Assembly: GCA_030753015.1 (NCBI GenBank)
Contig: JASMDC010000050.1
Coordinates: 1-20,657 of the forward strand
Length of the DNA: 20,657 bases
Direction of reading: 5' to 3'
Source of the DNA: Candidatus Undinarchaeales archaeon
GTDB lineage: Archaea > SpSt-1190 > JASMDC01
Part shown: positions 7,982 to 16,672 of the stretch, one piece after another
How positions within the stretch are numbered: the first letter of the stretch is position 1
Layout of the letters: every line of letters starts with the position of its first letter
The notes under the pieces: model-generated
What the model was told of the DNA's origin: nothing
Databases searched by the model: none
What the model saw: the letters and a program-made list of their open reading frames with translations, nothing else
Position numbers and translations under genes: made by a program

Positions 7982-8512
7982 TCACAGCTCGGTATATGGC
8001 GAGATAGGGCAACTCTCCCTTTCGCGACAATGCAGGCAGCTGAGCTGGAGCCGTGCCCGTGACCACGCGAACTGAAGGAGCAGGAACGTGGCCATGAACG
8101 CGGCCCGCCGATCGGAGAACTCGTCCACCACAAGGTAGAGAAGGGCGAAGGCCGGGAACACCTGGAACCAAACCGTCCAATGGAGGGCTGCGAGCATGTC
8201 GCCCGAACCATGATCACCTGTTTTGGGAGAGAAGAACTTCGACGCGAGCCATCCACGCCCGCTGCTACAGCGCGAGCCGAAGTAGGAGCAGCGACGGCAG
8301 CGTAGTATTGGGGCGAGGACAAGATAGTCGAAGATGAACACGGCCAGATAGACATCGGCCACCAGGCCATCGGCCATTGGTTGCATCCCGACGTAGGCGA
8401 CACCCACGACGATGAACGTGAGGAGGTTCGTGATAAGGACGTTCCCGAGAGGATAGGAGTCCCAGACCTCATCATCCACATCCGGGACGTCGTCCGCGGC
8501 GGGCGGGGTCAC
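7982..8512 (-). CDS. Hypothetical integral membrane protein with two Cys clusters
   Basis: About four hydrophobic segments; CRRCSYFGSRCSSG and SCLHCRERESCP motifs; start uncertain. Confidence 0.8.
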   Translation of the reverse strand: MTPPAADDVPDVDDEVWDSYPLGNVLITNLLTFIVVGVAYVGMQPMADGLVADVYLAVFIFDYLVLAPILRCRRCSYFGSRCSSGRGWLASKFFSPKTGDHGSGDMLAALHWTVWFQVFPAFALLYLVVDEFSDRRAAFMATFLLLQFAWSRARLQLSCLHCRERESCPISPYTEL

Positions 8513-8562
8513 AGTCGTCTCACGGTCGTCCGTGTCCAGGGATGCCGACCTCCGATATATCC

Positions 8563-9888
8563 TTACTCCGGTCCCGGTGCATCGGGCCCCGCGACAGGGG
8601 ACTCGGCAGCGACCTCTTCACCGGCAGGGGGCGGTGTCACGTCCTCACCGGCTTCAGAGGGTTCGGTCTTCTCCTCTTCAGGGGGCCCTGCTTTATCGGT
8701 CGATCCATCCTTTTCGGGAGTATCGGCCTTCTCGGCCTCCTTGGGACGTCCTGGCCATCGTGGCCTTCGCCGCCAGCTGTCCGATCCCAGGTCCGACGGG
8801 GGCTCGACCGCGGGGAGTGCTCCTGTGAGGTTCTCACGGAACACGTCCATCGCACTTGCAGGTATCCGGGCATGGGCAGCCTCGGGGTGTCCCGATGCGT
8901 CGGCTCCCTCGATGCCCTTGATGGCGGCAGTGGCCAGATCACGAAGGTTCATCCCCTCCCTGCCCGTGCGCAGCTCTATAAGAGCAGCGTCATCCTCGAG
9001 CTCGGTGTTCACGACCGTGCACACCCACTCTGGGCGCCTGGCCCTGATGATGCCGGCCAGGTAGTTCTGGATGTAGAGCGTGGACTCGATGGGATAGTAG
9101 ATGAGGGCCTTGTCAGGGACGAAGGTGGCCTTCTCGTCGTGGATGTCCACGAGGTTGCGGACCACCCGGTTCGTGCTCAGCCGGTAGTGGAATAGATCGG
9201 CGGCGCCCGGGGGGCCCGAGACGACCATCTCTGGCGACTCGTTCTTTCCGGCATCGTTGAGCACCTCCACTGCCAGCGTCGCGCCCTTGCCACCGGCATA
9301 GGCACGCCCGCATGCGATGATCCCGATGAGGAAGCGCACCATGGCGAAGTCGCCGTACGAGGGACCTCCCTTGAGGTTCGGGAACCGATTGAAGGTCTCT
9401 TCCACGAGCTCGGGGAACCGGTCCTGTTCCTTGTCGCCAGCGACGCCCAGCAGGCAGATCCAGCAGAAGCGCTCGTACTCGCCCAGCTCGTTGATCATCT
9501 CGTAGACCAGATAGGCCACCGGGGCCTTCCGTCCCTCGGTGATGGTGGGATTGTAGTACACGATGTCAGGGACGTCGAACGGTTCGTTGTCCAGATGATG
9601 GTCGATGACGACCACCTTGGTCACCTTCGCCAGATCCTCATAGACGTCACGTGGACGGTGGGCGATATCGAGTACCACGGTGTAGTCGTAGTCGCGGGCC
9701 ATCTCCACAAGTGATGGCAGAATGCGGGGATCGCCGTTCTCCGGTGTGTAGAGCGTATAGGCCGTGCCGACGCTCTCGAGGAACAAGCTGAAGAGCGAGG
9801 CAGAAGAACAGCCGTCGGCATCGCCGTGGAACACGACGAGCACGCGGTCTGCCGGATGTATCGAGCTCAGAACATCTATTAGACTCAT
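8563..9888 (-). CDS. DHH/DHHA1 phosphoesterase, RecJ/NrnA-like (441 aa)
   Basis: HGDADG, VLDI, VIDHH, GVAGD; DHHA1-like ELRT...SGHPEAA; RBS GAGGTGA upstream; acidic/Pro-rich tail. Confidence 0.9.
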   Translation of the reverse strand: MSLIDVLSSIHPADRVLVVFHGDADGCSSASLFSLFLESVGTAYTLYTPENGDPRILPSLVEMARDYDYTVVLDIAHRPRDVYEDLAKVTKVVVIDHHLDNEPFDVPDIVYYNPTITEGRKAPVAYLVYEMINELGEYERFCWICLLGVAGDKEQDRFPELVEETFNRFPNLKGGPSYGDFAMVRFLIGIIACGRAYAGGKGATLAVEVLNDAGKNESPEMVVSGPPGAADLFHYRLSTNRVVRNLVDIHDEKATFVPDKALIYYPIESTLYIQNYLAGIIRARRPEWVCTVVNTELEDDAALIELRTGREGMNLRDLATAAIKGIEGADASGHPEAAHARIPASAMDVFRENLTGALPAVEPPSDLGSDSWRRRPRWPGRPKEAEKADTPEKDGSTDKAGPPEEEKTEPSEAGEDVTPPPAGEEVAAESPVAGPDAPGPE

Positions 9889-9992
9889 CTTGGGTTCACC
9901 TCAGGAGCATACAGGATGTGATGGATGATGCCGTAGAGATACGGTGTGGTTTGATGCGATGGAGCACCGCTCGGAGCGGCGCCTGTGAGCAT
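9885..9992 (-). CDS. Candidate 35-aa upstream ORF (MLTGAAPSGAPSHQTTPYLYGIIHHILYAPEVNPR)
   Basis: ATG lies about 26 nt from the minus-strand TATA, so it would be leaderless; its TGA overlaps the DHH ATG (ATGA). Confidence 0.35.
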   Translation of the reverse strand: MLTGAAPSGAPSHQTTPYLYGIIHHILYAPEVNPR

Positions 9993-10014
9993 GACTGTCA
10001 CGCCCACCGGGGCG

Positions 10015-10051
10015 TATATTAAATGTTTTTGCGTCAACAAAATTATAAATA
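10015..10051. promoter_or_regulatory. Back-to-back divergent BRE/TATA promoters (DHH side and pilus locus)
   Basis: Minus strand CGCAAAAACA-TTTAATATA (10033-10015); plus strand CAACAAAA-TTATAAATA (10035-10051). Confidence 0.65.
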
Positions 10052-10102
10052 CTACGAACCCCTAGTCTTCAACTAAGAGGGTAGACCGGAAACGTGATTG
10101 TC

Positions 10103-10609
10103 ATGGCCGATCAAGCTGAATACGAGCTCATCCCATTAACTCCCATCCGCAGGATGGAAAAGGAGATCGCGGACCTTAAGAAGAACAAGGAAGGCGGCTC
10201 CACAGCGTTCCTCGTCAACGAGATCGTGGACATCCTCAAGATGAACCAGAAGATCGTCGATGACATGGTCCGCCTCCACGGTGATCTTGTGAGCAAGCTC
10301 TCACGCACCACCGACCGCATCGACCGGCTAGTGACCTCCATGGACAAGCTCGTCGAGATCCTGGGCGAAGCCACCGAGGCCGAACTGGCCGGTGAGAGCG
10401 GCGGCTACCGTGGCGGTGGCGGCGGCGGTGGTGGCGGCGGCGTAGCCGATGAGAAGATGGACAAGGTCATCGAGCAGAACGCGGCCCTCATCAACAGCCT
10501 CAAGGTCATCTCGGGTGAACTGGGCAAGCTCGGTGAGGTCGAGAAGGGACTCCAGAAGCTAGAGAACCTGGAGAAGGAATCACAAAGGGCCGGTCGACGA
10601 GGGAGGTAG
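10103..10609 (+). CDS. Coiled-coil protein with a poly-Gly linker, first gene of the pilus locus
   Basis: YELIPLTPIRRMEKEI N-terminus, heptad-like helices, Gly9 tract. ATG 10103 follows GTGAT; alternative GTG at 10094. Confidence 0.85.
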   Translation: MADQAEYELIPLTPIRRMEKEIADLKKNKEGGSTAFLVNEIVDILKMNQKIVDDMVRLHGDLVSKLSRTTDRIDRLVTSMDKLVEILGEATEAELAGESGGYRGGGGGGGGGGVADEKMDKVIEQNAALINSLKVISGELGKLGEVEKGLQKLENLEKESQRAGRRGR

Positions 10610-10614
10610 GTTCC

Positions 10615-11706
10615 ATGACACGGTGGACGCGGGGTCAAGTCAACATCATGTCGGCAGTGCTCATCACGGGCATCCTGCTGGCCGCCGTGGCAGGTACCTA
10701 TATTTGGGCACAGCCCATCATGCAGAAAGCGACAGACCAGCGTCGCATCGAGTACGCCAAGGAGATGCTCTCGTCGATCAATGACGGCGTGGAGAACGCC
10801 GCCATGCAGAAGCAGCAGAAGGTCGTACCGGTCGAGTACGACCGCGGCGTCCTAAAGCTCATAACCGAGGCGGGTACCGGCGAGTACGTGCTCCAGTACG
10901 AGATCGAGACCAACATCCCCATGCTCGCGTCAACTGCATGGGTCCCACTTACGGGGACCGAACTGCCGTTGCAGGAGAACGCGAAGTTCGTGACCGCCTG
11001 GTGCTACAACATGGGGCATCAGGGCGATGATCAGAAGAAGTCCTCGCGTGACGCACAGTGCAAGAACATGGACTCCTGGGAGTTCTGGAAGGCCTTCGAC
11101 CTTACCGGGAACGGCGATTACGTCCCCTACTTCACTAGCTGCAAGGAGCTTGGAGGCCCCAGCTACTTCGGTGTCTCGGACAACATCATCACCATCGAGT
11201 CGAACGAGTACCGCGCGCTCGTGTGCGACACGGGCCGACAGTCCTATTCCTGCTTGGTGCCGTGGAAGAACGGCGAACTCGAAGTGAACGAGAACGGCTG
11301 CCAGGGCGCTTGGAAGACCAAGAACGACCGCGTCACGATCGGGGACAGCAAGTGGCAGGTGGCCGAACTGAATACCGGCGACATGGTCGCCATCGGCCTG
11401 CGTCTCCTCTCAGGGTACGTGGACAAGATGGGTATGAAGGGCAAGAGCTCGCCCTGTGTCATCATCGCCCGCTCGCTGAGCCCCTCGCAGAACCGGCGCG
11501 CGATCATCCGTATCAAGTGCCGGCCAATCTACGACTCACAGGACAACATCGCCTACGACATCAAGCTCAAGCCCGGACAGATCACGCTCGCACCGGCGGG
11601 ATCGCATACGATCACGATCCGTTACCGGTTCGACAAAACCCTGCCACCAAAGCCAGGGGAGCAATGGACGACCAAGGAGATTACTGTCGAGGTGTCCCTG
11701 GACTAG
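10615..11706 (+). CDS. Large type IV prepilin-like protein with a class III signal peptide (363 aa)
   Basis: TRG|QVNIMSAVLITGILLAAVAGTYIWAQP: basic leader, G|Q cleavage site and hydrophobic helix; RBS GGAGGT; 8 Cys in the globular part. Confidence 0.8.
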   Translation: MTRWTRGQVNIMSAVLITGILLAAVAGTYIWAQPIMQKATDQRRIEYAKEMLSSINDGVENAAMQKQQKVVPVEYDRGVLKLITEAGTGEYVLQYEIETNIPMLASTAWVPLTGTELPLQENAKFVTAWCYNMGHQGDDQKKSSRDAQCKNMDSWEFWKAFDLTGNGDYVPYFTSCKELGGPSYFGVSDNIITIESNEYRALVCDTGRQSYSCLVPWKNGELEVNENGCQGAWKTKNDRVTIGDSKWQVAELNTGDMVAIGLRLLSGYVDKMGMKGKSSPCVIIARSLSPSQNRRAIIRIKCRPIYDSQDNIAYDIKLKPGQITLAPAGSHTITIRYRFDKTLPPKPGEQWTTKEITVEVSLD

Positions 11707-11715
11707 GTCCCAGCG

Positions 11716-12339
11716 ATGGCGAACCGCCGACGCTCCACTTGCCGACCACAAGGGCCGCGCTCCCGAATACTCACGCACGAGCGTGGACAGCAGCTGATCA
11801 TCGAGGCAGTCCTGACCTTCGGCGCCGGCGTCATGGTGCTTGGGATGGTGGCGACTGTGTTCTCATTCACGAACGAGAAGGTCGTCACGATCCTTATCGA
11901 GCGGTACATCGAAGAGATCGCGGACTACACGGCCTCGGCGATCCTCATCGTGTACGAATCGGGCAAACACTTGAAATCGCCGACACCGGATCCCATCGCT
12001 GTCTCGGAGCTCCGTCTCGACATCCCCGAGATGCTGGCGAACGAGCCCTACCTCATGCACGTGTCCCACGACCGGCGAAAGAAGGCAATCGTGGTGTCCG
12101 TCAAGATCCCGGGTAAGGCGCGCAAGGACGTGCTCGTCACCGGTCTTGAGGACGTTAACGTCTCCTGCTGCAATTGTAAGAGCTGGAAGGAGGAATCTTC
12201 GACGAGCGAGTTCTATGGTGAGATATTCCCCATTGCTTTCCCCAGCGGAAGACAGATGGTAGTGCGTCTCTTCAAGCCGTATCGCATGATCGGGTCCGAT
12301 AAAGTATATAACGCATTATGTATTGAAGAGTTACAGTAG
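11716..12339 (+). CDS. Type IV prepilin-like (minor pilin) protein (207 aa)
   Basis: ERG|QQLIIEAVLTFGAGVMVLGMVATVFSF after an Arg-rich leader; LDIPEMLANEPY segment; CCNC cluster. Confidence 0.78.
   Translation: MANRRRSTCRPQGPRSRILTHERGQQLIIEAVLTFGAGVMVLGMVATVFSFTNEKVVTILIERYIEEIADYTASAILIVYESGKHLKSPTPDPIAVSELRLDIPEMLANEPYLMHVSHDRRKKAIVVSVKIPGKARKDVLVTGLEDVNVSCCNCKSWKEESSTSEFYGEIFPIAFPSGRQMVVRLFKPYRMIGSDKVYNALCIEELQ
12297..12311 (+). promoter_or_regulatory. Possible internal promoter upstream of the ATPase
   Basis: CGATAAAG-TATATAA in an AT-rich patch at the 3' end of the pilin gene. Confidence 0.35.
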
Positions 12340-12377
12340 CCACGCGGTTCTCGCTGGCTACGAGGGCTGATGCGGCC

Positions 12378-14378
12378 GTGAAAAAGAAGAAGCGCATCGT
12401 TGATGGCATCGTCAAGGGTAAGCTCTCTCTCATTAGACGGAAGACCCACCGCGACAGGAAGCGCATCATCCGTGCATCGATCAATCCCGTGAACGTCGAT
12501 GTCGCACCGGCACCGGTCATCGTGACCGGCGGCGGAGGTGGCGGGGTATCGAGCCCCGCTGTCGAGGCAGCCATCCTCAAGATCCTCCAGCGCATGGACT
12601 CCATGCCCGCACCCGCACCGAGGAGCAGCGCAAGCGATGACGGGCTCATCGAGGAGTTCGGCTTCCAGCAGGAAGCGCTACTCGAAGAGATGCGCGCCAT
12701 GCGCCAGCAATCGGGTGGTGGAGGTGGCGGGAGCGAGGTGAAGATCGCGTCCAAGAAGAGATCAGGAACCCATGGCAAGAATCAGGAGGGCATCAAGCTC
12801 CTCACCCTGGAAGAGATGGCCGAGCTCGGGCTGGAGGACCGATTCGAAGAGATCCAGCGGGCGAAAATCGAGGAGTCCCAGGAGCTCAGGAACGTCAACC
12901 AGACGTACCCGCTCATGCAGAGCCCGCTGAACACGGAGCGCACCCTGACGTGGGCCAACATCCGCTACAACCAGCAGACCAAGTCACTGGTCTATACGGT
13001 CATCGAACCGCAGATGTCCGAAGAGGAGGAACAGGTCTTCAAGGAGATTCAAGTGAAGCTCCAGGAGCGCATGGACGTCAACTTCGAGGGCGGGGGCGCG
13101 TTCCAGCAGGAGTTCCTCGTCAACAAGGTGTACGAGTTCCTAAACTACTTCGGCTACGTCCTCTCCCCAGACCAGCTGGAGAAGGTCATCTATTTCGTGG
13201 TCCGCGACTTCATCGGGCTCAACAACCTCGAGCCGCTGCTCCATGATCCCGCTATTGAGGACATCTCGTGCGACGGCTTCAGCATCCCGGTCTTCATTGC
13301 TCACAACAATCCCCTCTTCGGAGAGATCGCCACGACAGTGGTGTTCGAGGACAAGGAACTACTGGACAACTTCGTCATGAAGCTCTCTCAGCGGTGTGGT
13401 AGGGCCATCTCAGTGGCCGACCCCCTCCTCGACGGAGCACTGCCTGACGGGAGCCGTGTCCAGGCGACCTTCGGTACCGACATATCCAAGCGCGGTTCCA
13501 ACTTCACCATCCGTAAGTTCTCCAAGGAGCCGGTCACGCCTATCAAGATGGTGCGGTCCGGCACTGTCACTCCCGAGGTGCTTGCCTATCTATGGCTCGC
13601 GGTCGAGGCTGGCAAGTCGGTCCTCGTGTCCGGAGCGACCGCCACAGGGAAGACGACCATGCTCAACGCCATCTCCCTCTTCATCAAGCCAGAGCAGAAG
13701 ATCGTCTCTATCGAGGACACGGCGGAGCTGCGTCTGCCCCACCCCAACTGGCTGCCCCAGGTGGCACGGGCCGCTGCTGGCTCGCATGGTGTGGGTGGCG
13801 TATCGATGTTCGACCTGCTCAAGGCCGCACTGCGCCAGCGCCCTGATTACCTCCTAGTGGGGGAGGTGCGTGGCGACGAGGCAGCCATCATGTTCCAGGC
13901 CATGTCAACAGGCCACGCGGGGATGAGCACCATCCACGCAGAGAACATGGAGAAGCTCATCAATCGTCTCACCACAAAGCCGATCAGCCTTCCTGCGGTG
14001 CTCCTCGAGAGCCTTGACATCGTCTTGTTCCTCATCCGTGCACGGCTGGGCAAGCATTACGTGCGCCGCGTCAACCAGCTCGTGGAGATCGCGGGAGTGG
14101 ACGGGGACACCAAGGAGGTCCAGACCCGGTTCGTGTTCGAGTGGGATCCCACCGAAGACACCATCGCTGCGCTCGAGGAGAGCGTGGTCATGGAGAAGGT
14201 CAGGGTCAACCGGGGTATCTCCAAAGAGGAGATCCTCGCCGAGCTCTACAGGCGTGCGAAGCTCCTGGAATGGCTCAACGACAACAACATCGTGGACTTC
14301 GAGCGAGTATCGAAGTTCATCGAGACCTACTACGTGGACCCCGAGAGGATCAGGCAGTGGACTCGCGGTGAGGTCTAA
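12378..14378 (+). CDS. Type II/IV secretion (pilus assembly) ATPase, FlaI/TadA/VirB11 family, with a long N-terminal extension (666 aa)
   Basis: LLHDPAIEDISCDG, LPDGSRVQAT, FTIRKF; Walker A GATATGKTT; IEDTAEL; LRQRPD with Walker B LLVGEVRG; His box TGHAGMSTIHA; start uncertain. Confidence 0.95.
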   Translation: MKKKKRIVDGIVKGKLSLIRRKTHRDRKRIIRASINPVNVDVAPAPVIVTGGGGGGVSSPAVEAAILKILQRMDSMPAPAPRSSASDDGLIEEFGFQQEALLEEMRAMRQQSGGGGGGSEVKIASKKRSGTHGKNQEGIKLLTLEEMAELGLEDRFEEIQRAKIEESQELRNVNQTYPLMQSPLNTERTLTWANIRYNQQTKSLVYTVIEPQMSEEEEQVFKEIQVKLQERMDVNFEGGGAFQQEFLVNKVYEFLNYFGYVLSPDQLEKVIYFVVRDFIGLNNLEPLLHDPAIEDISCDGFSIPVFIAHNNPLFGEIATTVVFEDKELLDNFVMKLSQRCGRAISVADPLLDGALPDGSRVQATFGTDISKRGSNFTIRKFSKEPVTPIKMVRSGTVTPEVLAYLWLAVEAGKSVLVSGATATGKTTMLNAISLFIKPEQKIVSIEDTAELRLPHPNWLPQVARAAAGSHGVGGVSMFDLLKAALRQRPDYLLVGEVRGDEAAIMFQAMSTGHAGMSTIHAENMEKLINRLTTKPISLPAVLLESLDIVLFLIRARLGKHYVRRVNQLVEIAGVDGDTKEVQTRFVFEWDPTEDTIAALEESVVMEKVRVNRGISKEEILAELYRRAKLLEWLNDNNIVDFERVSKFIETYYVDPERIRQWTRGEV

Positions 14379-15337
14379 TGAGCTTTGCAGAAGAATACCT
14401 TCGCTTCTCTTACTCGTTGTTCGGCAGCCTCGTCGAGTCGTACGGTTCGTCGCTTGCCGACATCCGCAACGACCTGCGTAAGGCGAGCATCCGCCTGACG
14501 GCCGAGGAGTACGTGTCCGCTGCCATCATGAGCTCTCTGATCCTGCCCATCCTCCTTCTGGTACCCACTGGCGTGCTGATGATCCTCCTTGATCCCTTCG
14601 CACCCAACACCATTATCATCGTCGCGTTCGGCGCGGTGTTCGGCTGGACGTTCATGTTCGTGGCGGTGCTGACGATGTTCTATATCTACCCTGCGATCAT
14701 CGTCTCGGGGAAGAAGAAGTCCATCGACAACATCCTGCCGTTCGCAACGACGTACCTGGCCACCATGGCCGGATCGGGGATGCCGCCGCAGAACATCTTC
14801 AAGATCATGTCGAAGTTCGACCAGTACGGGGACGTGAGCCAGGAGGCAAAGCTCATCACCCGTGACATCGAGATCTTCGGTATGGACGTGCCCACCGCCC
14901 TCGAGCGGGCCTCGGGACGCCAGGCATCCGAACAGTTCAAGGACCTGCTGTGGGACATCAAGGACACCATCACCACGGGCGGTGACCTCAAGATCCTCCT
15001 CCACGAGAAGTCACGAGAGTACATGAACGTATACCGGCGATCACTGGACTCCTACGTGGAGCAGCTGTCGATGTTGGTGGAGATGTACATCACTGTCGTC
15101 ATCGTAGGATCTGTGTTCTTCGTGGTCATGTCGGCGGTCATGACGGTCATGGGCGGGGGGGACATCATGCCGCTACTACAGAAGGGCATGTTGATAATGC
15201 TGCCGCTGGCGGCTGACGGATTCATCGTCATGGTCATGACCATGTCGCCCGTGGCAAAGGCAGACAGCACATACGAGATACTCATTCTGGGTGCGCTCAC
15301 CTTCGTCGTCATCATCTACGTGGTGGTGTCCACATGA
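14378..15337 (+). CDS. Type II secretion F-domain platform protein (TadB/TadC/FlaJ-like) 1 (319 aa)
   Basis: TAATG overlap with the ATPase; LRKASI, IDNILPFA..YLATMAGSG, YGDVS.E, FGMD..TAL, TGGDL; several TM helices. Confidence 0.92.
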   Translation: MSFAEEYLRFSYSLFGSLVESYGSSLADIRNDLRKASIRLTAEEYVSAAIMSSLILPILLLVPTGVLMILLDPFAPNTIIIVAFGAVFGWTFMFVAVLTMFYIYPAIIVSGKKKSIDNILPFATTYLATMAGSGMPPQNIFKIMSKFDQYGDVSQEAKLITRDIEIFGMDVPTALERASGRQASEQFKDLLWDIKDTITTGGDLKILLHEKSREYMNVYRRSLDSYVEQLSMLVEMYITVVIVGSVFFVVMSAVMTVMGGGDIMPLLQKGMLIMLPLAADGFIVMVMTMSPVAKADSTYEILILGALTFVVIIYVVVST

Positions 15338-15349
15338 CTACTGCCGGAA

Positions 15350-15364
15350 CGATGGTTTTTTATT
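15350..15364 (+). promoter_or_regulatory. CGATGGTTTTTTATT element, copy 1 (BRE/TATA-like promoter or oligo-T terminator)
   Basis: Identical 15-mer also at 16686-16700; each copy lies just after a platform-gene stop. Confidence 0.45.
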
Positions 15365-15425
15365 CTCGCGACGCGTATAATCTACATAGGGACACTTTTA
15401 TGCGACCACGTCAGGAGGATTGCCT

Positions 15426-16670
15426 GTGAGCCTACGCCAGAAGCTTCTTGAGCTGCGCGAGGACAAGAAGATGCTGACTGTCATCTTCGGCGCCTTCATC
15501 GGACTCAGCATCATCATGTACGGCGTGTTCATGAAGTTCACGGACCCCGACATGGGGTCCGAGTCGTTCGCATCGATCATCATCGTAGGGGTGATCTCCA
15601 TGGGCGGTCCCTATGCCTTCGTCCAGTACCAGGAGTTCTCCCGTATCCAGAAGATGGAGGAGGCCCTCCCCAACTTCCTGCGATACATCGCAGAAGCGCG
15701 TCGGTCCGGTATGACCATCCCGCATGGTCTGTCCAACGCCGCCAAGACCGATTACGGACCGCTCTCGCCCGAGATCCGGATGATGGCGTCCCAGCTCTCC
15801 TGGGGTATCCCGTTCCCCCATGTCATCGAGATGTTCATCGACCGGAACGACAAGTCGTCGTTCATCCAGCAGTCGATGGGTATCATCATCGAGGCATACC
15901 GCTCGGGAGGAGATGTGGCCGAGACCATGGAATCGGTGGCGCAGGACGCACGACTCGTCAAGGACCTGGAGGCCGAGCAGAAGGCCAAGATGTCGGCACA
16001 GGTCATGATCATGTACGTCATCCATATCATCTTCCTCGTCATCATCTACGCTCTAACCACCATCCTCAAGCCCCTGCTCGTGATGCAGAAGTCCTCGGGT
16101 CTGTCGTCCATGTTCGGTTCATCGGGCGGTAAGTCGCTCACCACCGGCAGCTACCGCACCCTGTTCATGAACATGTGCTACATCGAGGGGATCTACAATG
16201 GCCTCATCGCCGGTGAGATCGGTGACGGCTCGGTGATCGCCGGGTTCAAGCACTCGATGATCATGCTCACGATGTCGATCCTGATGTTCGCCGTGGTCAT
16301 CAAGCCTCAGCCCATGTCCATGACACCACTGGTCGTCTCGTCGTACTTCTACCCCGACGAGCCCATCGTGATGGAGGGCTCGGTGTCCAAGCCCGACGGC
16401 TCGCCGGTGAAACACGCATCCGTTGGCGCGGTCCTCCTGTGCATCACGTCCGAGATGGGGGAGAGCGGGTGTCGTAAAGGTGATATCGTGTGCGAGGTGG
16501 ATTCCAGGTGCGGTATGTGCAAGTGCGTGCGTACCGACAACTGGGGCGTGTACAAGCTGTCGCTCAAGTCACCTGTCGAGGCCGGCGATTACCAGATAAA
16601 GGTGGTCGTCGTCGACGACAAGGTCACCAAGACACGTATCACCGAGTCCTCGGACTTCACCGTCGGTTAG
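15426..16670 (+). CDS. Type II secretion F-domain platform protein 2 with a C-terminal Cys-rich Ig-like extension
   Basis: GGAGG RBS 7 nt before GTG 15426; MEEALPNFLR...RSGMT, DYGPLSPEI, LSWG.PF, AYRSGG.V, GLIAGEIGDG..AGFKH; then a ~120-aa beta-rich tail with 6 Cys. Confidence 0.92.
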   Translation: MSLRQKLLELREDKKMLTVIFGAFIGLSIIMYGVFMKFTDPDMGSESFASIIIVGVISMGGPYAFVQYQEFSRIQKMEEALPNFLRYIAEARRSGMTIPHGLSNAAKTDYGPLSPEIRMMASQLSWGIPFPHVIEMFIDRNDKSSFIQQSMGIIIEAYRSGGDVAETMESVAQDARLVKDLEAEQKAKMSAQVMIMYVIHIIFLVIIYALTTILKPLLVMQKSSGLSSMFGSSGGKSLTTGSYRTLFMNMCYIEGIYNGLIAGEIGDGSVIAGFKHSMIMLTMSILMFAVVIKPQPMSMTPLVVSSYFYPDEPIVMEGSVSKPDGSPVKHASVGAVLLCITSEMGESGCRKGDIVCEVDSRCGMCKCVRTDNWGVYKLSLKSPVEAGDYQIKVVVVDDKVTKTRITESSDFTVG

Positions 16671-16672
16671 AC

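Noticed and set aside
10103-16670. Archaellum operon
   Set aside because: No recognisable archaellin, FlaF/G or FlaH; two separate platform genes fit a pilus rather than a single FlaJ
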